Part shown: piece after piece, positions 27,106 to 40,504 of the stretch
Numbering within the stretch: the stretch's first letter is position 1
Layout: each line of letters starts with the position of its first letter
Origin: Eledone cirrhosa
Taxonomy: Eukaryota
Direction: 5' to 3'
DNA length: 64,000 bases
NCBI GenBank assembly: GCA_964016885.1
Contig: OZ024754.1
Coordinates: forward strand, 4,154,001 to 4,218,000
Notes under the pieces: model-generated
What the model was told of the DNA's origin: nothing
Seen by the model: only the letters and a program-made list of their open reading frames with translations
The model's database searches: none
Program-made: the position numbers and the translations under genes

Positions 27106-27631
27106 TTTCTGACTTTGAAGCGAACAAATAAAACAATAATAATGATTTCTAGTATAGGCACAAGGCCGTAAAGGGCCGTAACTCTAAGCTGTATCCACCG
27201 CCTTTAAATCCACCGCCCTTAAATAAAATAGCAATAATGAATATATTTCGTATTGTGCTCGCAATAAAACTTGATAATTTGTATATTTATAAGAGAAGCG
27301 AGCGAAAATGAAGGTGAGGGGGACAACTTGATTTTCATAGAAAGAGCGAAATAACTTAATAAAATCCATATAACACAATGTAATTATTTAAATAAATAAA
27401 TAAAGAACAAAAGAAATTATTATTATAAATTCGAAAACATGGAAAAGATAAGGAGGGGTGTGTGTATATATGTGATTATATATGTGTGTCTGTGTTCCTG
27501 TTTACGTATTTTTCTGTGTATGGGAAGTTAGAAGCTACGTCTGTATTTGTGTAAGTGTATTTGTATGAAAATGATCTGAGTATGTTGCTGCATATAGCTG
27601 GTTACATCTGTGTGTATATATGTTTCTGTAC

Positions 27632-27688
<57 letters not shown>

Positions 27689-27813
27689 GCATTTCAGAGT
27701 AAGCTTGTTTTCATGTGTATGTTTGGGTCTGTGAGTCGGTAGGATTTTGGGTGTGTATATGCTTATATATGTATATCTGTGTATGTATATATGTATATGT
27801 GTATATATGTATA

Positions 27814-27858
<45 letters not shown>

Positions 27859-28847
27859 AAATATGTATATGTGTATATATGTATATCTGTGTATATATGT
27901 ATATGTATGTATATATGTATATATGTATATAACTATATGTATTTATGTGTATATATGTATATGATATATGTATATGCTTATACATGTATATCTGTGTATA
28001 TATGTATATGTGTATATATGTATCTGTGTATATATATACATTCTTGTATATGTTTATCTGTGTATATATGTATATGTGTACATATGTATATGTGTATATA
28101 TGTATATCTGTGTATATATGTATATGCTTATATATGTATATCTGTGTATATATGTATATGCTTATATATGTATATCTGTGTATATATGTATATGCTTATA
28201 TATGTATATGTGTGCGTGTGTTTGCTATTGTTTTTATGTGGTTCTCTGTGACTTTTTTTGTGCAGGCATATGTGTATATTTCTATGTGACTATCGCCAAA
28301 ATCAATACAATAAAGGAATTAATAGATAATGCGGTAGAATGCATGAAATACCTTAGATGATAGGAACGAAATTTTCGAATAAAATGGTTGCCTCTTTCTT
28401 CTTCAACTTCAATTGTCAACGATGGCGCATTTCAACAAATAAAAACAAACAAACCTACAAACAAACAGAAATATAAATATAAACAAATAAATCTGCTTTG
28501 GATTTTTAAATAGGAACATAAAAAATAGTTCATTGGCTGGTTTAACAATCGGTCGAAATGGTTAAGTTATGGTTGGGTAGGTGGCGCCTCTGGATAGATA
28601 TGGAAACTGCAGTTCATCTATAGCTCTTAAATTTGGGTCCATTCCACATCTAAATTTCTCTGAAGTGATTTTATAATCGTTAAAAATGGCACACAAAGGA
28701 AAAATAACAAAATCATATTGAATTATTTGACATTTTGCTTTCATGGAGTTTCATGGTTTCAAGAGGTGTGAGTGGTGTTGGGGTGCAAAGTGCGGTACAT
28801 TTCTTTCTATTTTAAATATGTATAAACATGAATATTCACATAGATAT

Positions 28848-28905
<58 letters not shown>

Positions 28906-28923
28906 TCATATATATAGAGAGAG

Positions 28924-28992
<69 letters not shown>

Positions 28993-29237
28993 TACAGAAA
29001 TATCCAATATATATTACAGTCAACTGTATATATGCAATAATAGGAGAGATGTGTGTGACAGATGACATTTCTACGCACGTGTGTTTCTATATCGTTTAAA
29101 TAGTCGTCTGTAACCACACGCACATACATACATGCATACATACAGACATACAGACAGACATATCCATACATACATACATACATACATACATACATACATA
29201 CATACACACATACATATCCATATATACAGACATACTT

Positions 29238-29805
29238 ACATGGTGGCTGCCAACTCGTTTTCGAGTACGGCCACTACTTTATATCCATGTAGGAGAACTC
29301 CTACCGATGGGCTGAACAAGTGTGACTTTTTAGTCCAGCCAGCGACTTGAAAACTCTGGTACAAACACTACACTTGTGACAATTATTGACACATAGTGCT
29401 GGGCCCATGGTACCATGTGACGACAAGTGCAGAGAGATCTCCAGATATAAAGCAATGCCTGTGCTGTGAAGCTTTTATAGTGAGCAAAGGCACTGCACAA
29501 AGCCAGTCCCACTCTCTTAACCAAGATAATATTTACCAAAAAGAAGAACAAGTCAACATCATTGGATACCATCAGGGTTGCAGGTGTTATATCAGAGTTT
29601 TCTTCTCCTAGAATTCTGCCTTGACAAAGGCTAAGGGGTCATCTCTCCCGGTGATTTTGGATGGCCATTGACTCTTAAGAGCTCCTTTGCCCTTTGACAG
29701 GTTTTGTTTTTAGTTCTGCAGGATCTCCAAAGTCACCCTCCTCACCAAGAAACCTTGGTGGGGTTGCCAGTTTAGTCGCCAACGACCCGACCTTGAGACA
29801 GGTTG
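29238..29805 (-). mobile_element. RTE-like non-autonomous repeat with (TATG)n tail
   Basis: Homologous to 38475-38710, 39121-39358 and 5905-6330; bounded by (CATA)n. The ttttcttctcctag...aaggctaagg block resembles RTE 5' regions (recalled). Confidence 0.55.
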
Positions 29806-29846
29806 TACATACATACATACATACATACAGATGTTTGTATGTATAA

Positions 29847-29911
29847 GGCGCGTGGTTGAGTGGTTAGACAATTGGATTCGCAATCGTGAGGTTGTGAGTT
29901 CGATTCCCTGG
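29847..29911 (+). mobile_element. tRNA-derived SINE head
   Basis: ggcgcgTGGTTGAGTGGttag...GAGTTCGATTCcc A and B boxes; no acceptor stem, so not a tRNA gene. Confidence 0.65.
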
Positions 29912-30118
29912 AATTTCACATTTGTGCTCACAGGGTCATCTGAGAAAACACTTGTCTGATACATGTGAGTAACCAAATGAAACTCCAGAGTAACAGGACT
30001 CATCATTTAGCCATATCAAAGTTTATGGTGATGTATACATAAAACCATTTCCTACAAGCATAAAGCTAATATGACAATGTATTTTTGCATCCGTGTGTTT
30101 GGTTTGATTCATTTATCT

Positions 30119-30169
<51 letters not shown>

Positions 30170-30171
30170 CT

Positions 30172-30345
30172 GAGTTTCAGAAGATCCCGTTAAGTTTGAC
30201 AGCAATGATTCTTTGCTTAAACTTTAATCTGTTATTTTAATAAATATTTGCTCTAGGGTTCTTATATATTTGATATATATTTCTCGTATATTTATCCTTA
30301 TCGAGCCCTCTTTAGATTTTAGTCGTCACATTTATTATTATTACC
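30172..30345 (+). mobile_element. PLE-type end, family C, single arm with decayed HHR
   Basis: gagttt CAGAAGA tcccgttaagttt GACA gca...tgc TT aaactt, then a tail ending catttattattattac; long TA tract upstream. Confidence 0.7.
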
Positions 30346-30680
30346 ATATATACATTGAGATTGAGAGACTGATTGATAAATAGATACATGGATTGATAGG
30401 TGACATAGACATATTTAATAAATAGATAGATATACATATATCTTACCAACGAAATTATAAATAATAATTACATTGTCATGAAGACATTTATATACATGCA
30501 CGAGGTTAACGGCCTGGATTTAATATTGAAAATAACTACATAGCTTGGTTATGAATGTTTACGGAAATAAAATACTATATATCAATATAACATGAATTAA
30601 AATTGGAATTATAAGCTACGACTTTTTTCAAGAAAACATGAGTTTGTCCACAGGTTACATTTACTTTAAATTATCAATAC

Positions 30681-30793
<113 letters not shown>

Positions 30794-30946
30794 GCGAACT
30801 GGCAGTGTCGTAAGGGTATTTCTTAAGATTTGGGTTAAGGAATTTGACGAAACGGAAAAGGAAAGATGGAGAGAGAATGGGTGAAAAAAGATCACGAGTT
30901 GGGGTAAGACAGGAGACGGGAGATAGGTGGATAAAGAGATATATAG

Positions 30947-31038
<92 letters not shown>

Positions 31039-31776
31039 CAGATAGAGAGACACAGAGATCACAGATGGACCATAAAGAGAGAGAGAAAAAGAGTAATAGG
31101 GGACAGGTGACCAGAGAGATATCAAGACAGATAGAGTGACAAAGAAAGGAAAAAGAAGTGGCAGGTGAACAGAAAGATATAACGAGGGAGGGAGAGAGAG
31201 GGGGCGAAGAGAGAGGGGAAGAGGAGAGAGGTGGAGTAAATGGGGACAGGTGCAGATTTTAAAGCCACGTTTTTTTTCTTCAAACACTTTCCACATTGAA
31301 GTCTATACGAATCTGACAAGGATTAGGTAGGACATCATAAATTGTATTGTTGAATTAATAAGTATTGAAACGTGCACTCAACCGTGGCCAGATGTGCAGG
31401 CAACTATATAGCATTCAATCACACGCTCTAGCCCTTATATATTTACAGACATATACACACATTCAATCACACTCTCTAACACATACATACATACATATAT
31501 AATATTACATACATATATAGTCGCAGTCAGAGATACGTATACACTCACACACACATATATAACATTACACTCACTTCGGTACAGTTACAAATACATAACA
31601 ATGTCTAACATGGCCGACTTACAATGCATGAGAGGGGAATATGTGTGGGTATGTAAATGTAAACGTATCAAATATTATACACACGCATATTTCTATATAC
31701 ACGTGAAATTGTATATATGTGTGTGGTACCAAAATCAGTGAGAGACAACCATCGCCACGCACAAACATACACACGC

Positions 31777-31847
<71 letters not shown>

Positions 31848-31933
31848 AATTGCATTCAGAAAAATGGTGATGTTATATGAATCGTTTATTCTACTGAACA
31901 CACACACAGATATATATATATATATATATATTC

Positions 31934-32047
31934 ATTAAAATAACAGATTAAAGTTTGAGCAAAAAATCGCTGCTATCACCCTTAACGGGATCTTCTGAAA
32001 CTCCTTATCCCTCTTCGGATTTTAGTCTTCACATTTATTATTATTAC
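31934..32047. mobile_element. PLE-type end, family C, non-overlapping inversion
   Basis: 31934-32003 is a minus-strand HHR arm (gagttt CAGAAGA tccc gttaa gggt GATA gca..tgc TC aaactt); 32004-32047 is the forward terminal tail. Confidence 0.75.
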
Positions 32048-32153
32048 TATATATATATATATAGTATCTTGCAATACTTTAGTGTATGTACACTCCATAT
32101 TCTTCGGAGTTTTCGGCTTGTATTGGCCGATAATATTTCTTGTTGTTTTAATT

Positions 32154-32191
32154 GCCCTGATGAGTCCTTAATAGGACGAAACATTGTTGGC
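32154..32191 (+). ncRNA. Canonical minimal type I hammerhead in TA-embedded insert (~32063-32342)
   Basis: gcc CTGATGA GTCCT taat AGGAC GAA AC att GT T ggc, then AATAAA at 32193. Confidence 0.88.
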
Positions 32192-32338
32192 TAATAAAGA
32201 CTTTTGATGTATTGAAGGCTTCTTTGTTTTACTTTCATAATTCTTCGGCTCTGTTTAATTACATTGAGCTATACCTTTTACTGTCATTTCTATAATACGA
32301 AGAGGGTGTTTAACTCCAACACGCTCCAGTATTTTAAT

Positions 32339-32396
<58 letters not shown>

Positions 32397-33560
32397 TGAG
32401 AAAAGAATGTCGGATCTTCTTGATGGATTCCCAAGTTTGCGGCTATGTTGGCTATATTGCATTATAAAAGGGTCGTTCTTTAAACCAATATTTAAACTAA
32501 TGTTTGATAGATTTGCTAGTAACCATACATTTGCGCCTTTTGGTAATGTAAGGAAACAAGACAAATATTCGTATCCTTGCCGAGTCTAGGTTCTCTGCAT
32601 GTGTCAGAAATATTGTTCATCAATAGATTATCTCAAATTGTAGGTCAGTGGCCATATTTTTCTGGACACATACAATTCACATTTATTGCAGAGCTACAAA
32701 ACGCCATACAATTAGCTATAAACTAGCTCACACTTGAACCTTTTTTCTCACGCCCTACATTCCTCATGGGAGTACTGAAGGAAACTCCTTTGACCCAGAA
32801 ACCATAATATTTACTGCTACCACATATCATCGTCAGACATACACACAGCGTAACACTCAACAGCACATATTTTATTCTGCTTTTCAGAACGTCTTATTAC
32901 AATCTATCAGAAAATACATTTCTCTTTAGATTTTTCATCAACGAATAAGTGCAAAAGGTCACACTCGGTGGTCTTAGAGAAAGTCAAGTTTCGATAAAAT
33001 TTATACACACACATATCGGATTGCATCCTCGGAAAGTAAGTATGGTTGTTGGAGGTGTGATCCGTCTTTAGGGGGCTAATACTATCGTGGTGTCTGGTTT
33101 AAGAATGCTGGACACCATTTTTCATTAGTTCTCTTGAGATCAACTTATTACTGACGATTATTTTCCTCTTCTTCCCCATATCGCTTTTATACGTGTTGAT
33201 TTCATGTTGTATCATGGCGACTTTGACACTCATTGGTGATAAACAAGTGAACCTTTGCTGGCGGCTTTCCTGTGTATGTTTGGTATTGATTAATAGTTCT
33301 TCTGTGATTTAGTGACGGAAATGTGCATACGATGGCTTTCCCTTCTCTCACTCTCCCTTAAACGAATTCCGCTCAGAAATTATTAACTACCAAAGGTTTC
33401 TCATAATGAAATCGAACCCAGACTCACTTTTCTGCAACACAATCCTTTTAACTACACAAGAGTTATACCAAAGCTAATATGAAGTAACGAAACAGGAAAA
33501 TAAGGTGATATGGTTACAGAAGTAACAGAAAAATATGGTAGATAGAGTGTGTGAGAATAT

Positions 33561-33767
33561 TGTTTCTGATTTAGACACGAGAGCAACAATTTGGAGGGAG
33601 TGTTAAGTGTATAAGTATACATTACTGGTACTTATTTTATCGATCCTGTCAGGATGTAAGGCAAAACAAACGTCGGAGGGATTGGAACTCAGAATATAAA
33701 GGGTTGTAACTCTATGCTGTAGAGCGTGTTGTCCGATGTTCTTTGGATTTTACCAATCCACCACCTT
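33561..33767 (-). mobile_element. SINE (type 1), diverged
   Basis: ctggtacttattttatcgatcc...aggatg...gaactcagaa aligns to 40371-40504. Confidence 0.7.
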
Positions 33768-33839
33768 AGAGTGTGTGAGAATATAAGAGGTGAAACCGAG
33801 AGAAAAAAGAGAATATTATCAAGAGGGAAAGATATTATA

Positions 33840-33878
<39 letters not shown>

Positions 33879-34056
33879 TGTCTATTTCTACTCACTTTCC
33901 GTTGCTATAACCCTTTTGTTGTTACTCTAATGTCCCCCTTTATTTACGTGCCCCAACGACTTTTTTTAGCCGTTGTTCGCACCAACCTGAGGCATATGGC
34001 CCTTAAAGCGATGAAATGCCGAGGACGGTTGGAGGGTCACTGATGAGGACTCACTT

Positions 34057-34119
<63 letters not shown>

Positions 34120-34123
<4 letters not shown>

Positions 34124-34705
34124 AGAGAGAGAGATGGGTAGTTCAAATAATGTACGTGTAAAAGAATGATTAGTGAGATGAAAAGATGGGGAAAGTATGG
34201 AAGGTGGTAATGTGATATAATATGGAAGCTGTGATAGATATATTAAAGGCAAATAATGAAGATATATCAGAAAATATGTATTGTGGTGATAGATGGAGGT
34301 GAGATCGATAGAGTAATAATAGAGAAGGAAATAACGAAGAACAGTCAAACCACAAAGAAAGATAGTGGAATTGAGAAGATGGCGACACAAAAATAGAGAA
34401 GACGATGTATGTGTAGAACGGGGGCATGTTGTAGGGAAGATTGAAGGAGAGCGTTATTAGGAGAGGATTATGGGAGGGAATATTAAGGGGCAGATGGAAA
34501 CAAGGGGAATAATTAAGCTGAGGAGGAGTGTTAGTATGAGTAAAGGGAGGAAACGCAGGCCGAGGTGACTTTGGGAATAATGAGAGAGGAAGATTCTTTA
34601 AAGGGTACAATCGGGGAGAAAAAAAATTGGAGATAATTGTGAAAAAGGGACGACGGTAGAGTGGATTGGAAGGAGATGTGTGTGCGTGCGTGCGTGCGTG
34701 CGTGA

Positions 34706-34754
<49 letters not shown>

Positions 34755-35560
34755 ATAGGGAAAGAAAAGGTGAGATATTTAGTGAGAGTGTGTGCCTCTG
34801 TAAGTTTGGAAAACCTGAAAGGAAAGCTTTAGAGAGTTTGAGAGGGATGTTTAAGATATAGACGAAACAAACTTAGAGTGAAGGTGTGCTCCGTAGAACA
34901 TTGAGGAGTAGGAGGAGGAGATAGAAAGAAGATGGACTTAATAGATGGAAAAGACAGGGCATGGGAACATGGAGGAAGAGAGTGTTGGAGGAAGCGGAAG
35001 TAACAGAACGAAGAGGAAGCGGAAGGGACATATGAGGTGAAGTGGGTATGAGGTGAATCGATTGAGGAGGGGGAACTTGAAAAAAGGTTGGTATGTGTGT
35101 GTGTACGCGTGTACGTGTGTGTGAGTTTGTGTGTGTGGAGGTACGATTGATGAAAGCATCAGAGGGGAAAAAAAGAAAAGTAGAAAAAAATTGCTAAGAT
35201 GGAAGGCTGACGGAAGATCATAAGGCGGGATAGCGTTAGTGAAGGAGGAGGATGATAAGAAGGCACAGAATGAGGTGCAGTGAGAGGCTGTTAATGTAGA
35301 AGAGGAGAGGGATGAAATTAGAGTAGATATTTCATAAGGGGGGTGAGGGGATGAGATGCAATGCTATTTAAATCCTAAATCAAACAAACAAACAAATAAG
35401 CAAAATAGAAAACAACAAAAAATACAGAAACAACAAGAACAGCAACAGAATTCACAACAAATAGCACAGCAACAACAGCAACAACAACAACAACAACAGC
35501 AACAGAAGTCATCACACACACACACAAAAAGCAACAACAACAACAACAACAACAGCTACA
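34120..35560. repeat. Purine-rich low-complexity tract ending in (CAA/CAG)n
   Basis: Strong G/A strand bias with embedded (GA)n and (CGTG)n. Confidence 0.7.
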
Positions 35561-36061
35561 AAGAACAAGAGTAACATAAAGTAAAAGTGAAACATTAATA
35601 TGGCGGAGACAAGGTTAATACTAATAATTCCTGCAGATGTTTTCACCTCCTTCTGGCTTCGTGTTTGATGTCATATCTACATCCGGGCAACCATATCTGC
35701 TCTTCTTCCCATCACTCTCTTTTAACAACCATTTCTAAAATTATTACCATATGACTTGCAATTGCTTTAACCTAAGGCACCACCCTATTCATTATTATCA
35801 TCATTTTTTTTTTTTTTTCAAATTTTTAAACATTTTGTTAAGATATTTGTCATATATTTTCGAGTCAAACTTTTTAAAAAGAAAATGTCATTATTATCAT
35901 TATATGATGTATATTTTCTTTTACATTTTTTAATAGTTCATTCCCTTTCATTTTAAACTTTATACATACTATACATACATACATACATACTTACTTACAT
36001 GCATGCATGAAAAAAATCAACACACACACACATATATGCTTATATATATTATTATTATTAC

Positions 36062-36097
<36 letters not shown>

Positions 36098-36357
36098 CAT
36101 ATATATATAATATATATATATATATAATTTTATATATATATATAGATACACACAACGACAATATATATATGATTTATATATATACATAGATAGATAGATA
36201 GATACGTTTGTATACATACAAATAAACATACACACATATATACCTACATATATATAGATGTATGTGCGTGCAGGCACACGCGCGTGTTGGTGTATCTATA
36301 TATTCTTTAAAAATTATTTTTCAAATATATTTTTTTAACATAGAATTTCGAAATTGC

Positions 36358-36390
<33 letters not shown>

Positions 36391-36405
36391 CACATATATA
36401 TATAC

Positions 36406-36484
<79 letters not shown>

Positions 36485-36495
36485 TATACATATAC

Positions 36496-36543
<48 letters not shown>

Positions 36544-36551
36544 ATATATAC

Positions 36552-36599
<48 letters not shown>

Positions 36600-36627
36600 A
36601 TATATATATATATACATATATATACAC

Positions 36628-36660
<33 letters not shown>

Positions 36661-36699
36661 CATATATATATACATATATACATACATATATATATATAC

Positions 36700-36730
<31 letters not shown>

Positions 36731-36773
36731 CATATATATATATACATATATATATATACATATATATATATAC

Positions 36774-36806
<33 letters not shown>

Positions 36807-37058
36807 AGAAGAAAATAGGTTTGTGATAATTAGAAAGTTATATATACTTACATATACATCAATGTGTCTAAACATGTGAACATGCATCTCTATACTCCTG
36901 TATATGGCTCTGCGCATCCACACACACACATACACCCACACAAATACACTCACACAAACTTAAAGATACGTATTCCTGCACATAACCATGTATGTGTTTC
37001 CATACACACACATTCTTATATGTGTAGATGCACACTTACGTCAATATATATATATATT

Positions 37059-37238
37059 AATATAGATGAGATTGTACAGGACTAGAACTGTTTCATTCTT
37101 TAGAAATCATCAGGATTTCTAAAGAATGAAACAGTTCTAGTCCTGTAGAATCTCATCTATATTAACACTTTTATACTCTGCTATGTATTGAGTACCTTAC
37201 TTAATGTGGTTACCTCCGATTCAACCCGGAATAACTTA

Positions 37239-37240
<2 letters not shown>
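37059..37240 (+). mobile_element. PLE-type end, family B, head-to-head hairpin plus tail
   Basis: Arms ~37059-37108 / 37114-37163; the minus arm additionally keeps CCTGATGA; ~77-nt tail matches 1213-1288. Confidence 0.8.
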
Positions 37241-37321
<81 letters not shown>

Positions 37322-37764
37322 GTCTGACTGTAAGTGTGTATGTGCTAGTAACAGTACATATGTAAATTATTAACTACACCAAAGAACGAAAAAAAAAAGA
37401 AAAACTACAGAAAATACATTTATTACATTGGAAAGGAATTTTCTATACAAACTCAAACTTCATAAAAGTAAAATATACCGAGTAAATTTGGGCTGAAGAA
37501 TACCAATTCTTGTAAGATCTTGTAGTATTCTTTAAGTGAAGATTAAGAAAGTATTTTTTCCAAATAAGTAGCATGCAAAGAACTTCTTCATCCATGTTGA
37601 TTGATCTTTTCATATGATGAATCTTTAAACATGAATTTATAACAGAGAATTATGTTATTTCTGTTTATGTATTAGTAATTAACTGCCATTTGTGTTTGTG
37701 TGTGGGGCAACTTGTTTGTTAGCTCTAGGTGTATGTGCATATATACGTATCTGCTGTGTGTATA

Positions 37765-38210
37765 TGTGTATTTATAAATGTGTATGTGTATAAGTATACT
37801 TACAAATGTGTATCTTAATAAGTATACTTATGGGTATGTGTTTAAGTATATTTATAAATGTGTATGTGTGTAAGTATATTTATAAATGTATATGTGTATA
37901 AGTATACTTATAAATGTGTATCTTAAGTATACTTATAAATGTGTATGTGTGTAAGTATATTTATAAATGTGTATGTGTATAAATATATTTATATATGTTA
38001 ATGAGTATAAGTATATTTATAAAGGTGTATGGGCGTAAGTATATTTATATATGTGCGTATGTGTAAGTATATTTATAAATATGTATATCTATAAGCATAT
38101 TTATATATGTGTAGGCGTATATTTATAAATGAGTGTGTATAAGTGTATTCATAAATGTGTGTGGAAAAGTATATTCATAAATGTGTATGAGTATAACTAT
38201 ATTCATAAAT
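37765..38210. repeat. Degenerate ~26-28-bp minisatellite
   Basis: Recurrent taagtata(c/t)ttataaatgtgtatgtg. Confidence 0.75.
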
Positions 38211-38474
38211 CAGTTTGTTTGTGTGTATGTGTGTGTGTGTGTGTGTGTGTGCGTAAGTACTCACTTATCATCTGTGTGTACGTATGATTATGTCTTCTTT
38301 GAGTGTGTGTATGTGTAGTCTAAGTATATATCTGTCAATTCTATGTATGAGTATGTACGTCTTTGCTATCTGTGTGTTTGTATATGTACTTAACTATTAA
38401 TGATAATATCTCTCTTGAACTTCTGTTTATTTGTGTATGTGTTTATTTGTGTATGTGTTTGTTGTGCCTATCGG

Positions 38475-38710
38475 TTGTATCCAATGATGTAGAACAGTTC
38501 TTCTTTTGGGGCAAATGCATTCGATGTTCTGCGAGTGAGATTAGCCCTGGGGAAAGCTTTTCCTCACCTAAAAAGCTTCAAGCACATGCATCACTTGGTA
38601 TGTGAAATTCCTTACGATGCATCGTACTACTGGCCATAAGCATATCCTTAATGGGACTAAAAAGCCACGTCAGCAATGGCATTACTCAAAATCAAGTTGC
38701 AGCCATCATG
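38475..38710 (+). mobile_element. 3' part of RTE-like non-autonomous repeat
   Basis: tatccaatgatgt...ttcttctttt...aaaagcttca...ggactaaaaag...gcagccatcatg(TATG)n matches 29238-29575 reversed. Confidence 0.6.
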
Positions 38711-38746
38711 TATGTATGTATGTATGTATGTATATATGTATGTATG

Positions 38747-38997
38747 TTTTCTCTTTCTTTTAATTTCGAGTATATTTTTTTTGACCGGCCACCTTCCTGG
38801 TGGCAAGGTTGTAAAAGAAAAGAAATTGTCGTCCCTTGAATCGCAAGAATGTTTTGCAAATTTTGAAGGTGCCAGCTATCGCAGCCATTTGTAGACTATG
38901 AATTAGGGAGCTGCGCTTTTTGTCCGCAAATCCAAGTTCAGTCATACTTTGGTCCAAGCGGGTTGGACCAAAGTATGACTGAACTTGGATTTGCGGA
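38747..38997 (-). mobile_element. 5'-truncated RLE non-LTR retrotransposon in (CATA)n with 35-bp fold-back
   Basis: Minus frame LDQSMTELGFADKKRSSLIHSLQMAAIAGTFKICKTFLRF resembles the RLE-element C-terminus (LQ...I.GT.KI). 3' UTR runs into (CATA)n. Perfect IR 38923-38957 / 38963-38997. Confidence 0.65.
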
Positions 38998-39120
38998 GTA
39001 TGTATGTATGTATGTATGTATGTATGTATGTATGTATGTATGTATGTATGTATGTATGTATGTATGTATGTATGTATGTATGTATGTATGTATATATGTA
39101 TGTATATATGTATAGGCAAC

Positions 39121-39358
39121 TGGAATAACTCCGACATAAAACCTGCGGCTCAGTAGTTACCGATGATGTTGATATTTTCTTCTTTTCGGGATATAGCTAC
39201 TGTCGCTCAGAGAGTGGGATTGGCTCAGTGCACAGTCTTTCTTCATTTAAAAAAAAATTATTCCCGTACCAGCATTGCACGATGGCATTAATTGATAATT
39301 ATTAATAATGTTATATCGTGCAATGGACATACTCGATAACGAGGGGGCAACCATCATG
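39121..39358 (+). mobile_element. 3' part of RTE-like non-autonomous repeat
   Basis: gatgatgttga...ttcttctttt...agagagtgggattggct...actcgataacgag...caaccatcatg matches the family. Confidence 0.55.
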
Positions 39359-39648
39359 TATGCATGTATGTATGTAGGTGCTATATAGTTCTGTTTTATT
39401 GTTGTTGCATCTCAGCCTCTTATTTGTCTTAATCCAATAGATCTGTGATATCAGGATTAAGAAAATGAATAATAGTGAAAAAGGCCTGCAAATATCACAT
39501 TTCCACATTACATTTTATTTATATTCAATTTAAATCACATTAAATACAAGATTTGTCTAAACTTTATCTCATGTCAAGATTTAATCATTTAGATAATTAC
39601 TATATCTTTTACAAATAATGATGTAATTCTATTCGTGATGATTCGCAC

Positions 39649-39796
<148 letters not shown>

Positions 39797-39827
39797 CATA
39801 TGTATATATATTTATATATATATATGG

Positions 39828-39859
<32 letters not shown>

Positions 39860-40370
39860 TAATGTGTGTGTGCATGTGTTTCTATGTTTGTATGTGTGTG
39901 TGTGCGTGTGCGTGTGTGTATGTATTAATGTGTGTGTGCATGTGTTTCTATGTGTGTGTGAATGTGTCTGGATGTGCTACATCAAAAACGAAAATAGAAA
40001 AATAAAAATAAAAGTATTTACTGCATTGTAAAAGAAGTTTCTAGAGATATTCCAGAACCAAACTCATTGTTGCAGACCGTATTCATTAGTTCAATATCTT
40101 TCGTATGTTAATTTTTATTTAAGCTAAATCTTGAAAATTGCAAAATAGTTCATATTTTATCTCATTACCAATGCATGTTCTGTTTAAAAAGTGTTAAGCT
40201 TAGAAATTTCTCAAGAAAATAAAATAAAACATTTGCAGTGTTCAAATATAAATACATTTCATAACGAAAATGTTATTCCTAAGTTTTATAATAATTTTCT
40301 ACATGATAAGATCTAACATATATGCAACGGTATTGCAAACATGTAACTTCCATAATAAATAATTTTAATT

Positions 40371-40504
40371 GTTTCTACTTTTGGCACAAGGCCATCAATT
40401 ACCCAGTACATTACTGGTACTTTATTTTATCGACCCCGTAAGGATGAAAGGCAAAGTTAACCTCGGCGGGATTTGAACTCAGACCGTAAAGGGACGTAAC
40501 TCTA
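40371..40504 (-). mobile_element. SINE (type 1), 5'-truncated
   Basis: Close reverse-complement match to 20325-20458. Confidence 0.85.

Noticed and set aside
29847-29911. tRNA gene
   Set aside because: A/B boxes present but no acceptor stem or terminator; treated as a SINE head.
35658-35673. 16-mer ttcgtgtttgatgtca shared with 24849-24864
   Set aside because: One 16-mer match is roughly expected by chance in 64 kb on two strands; flanks do not align.
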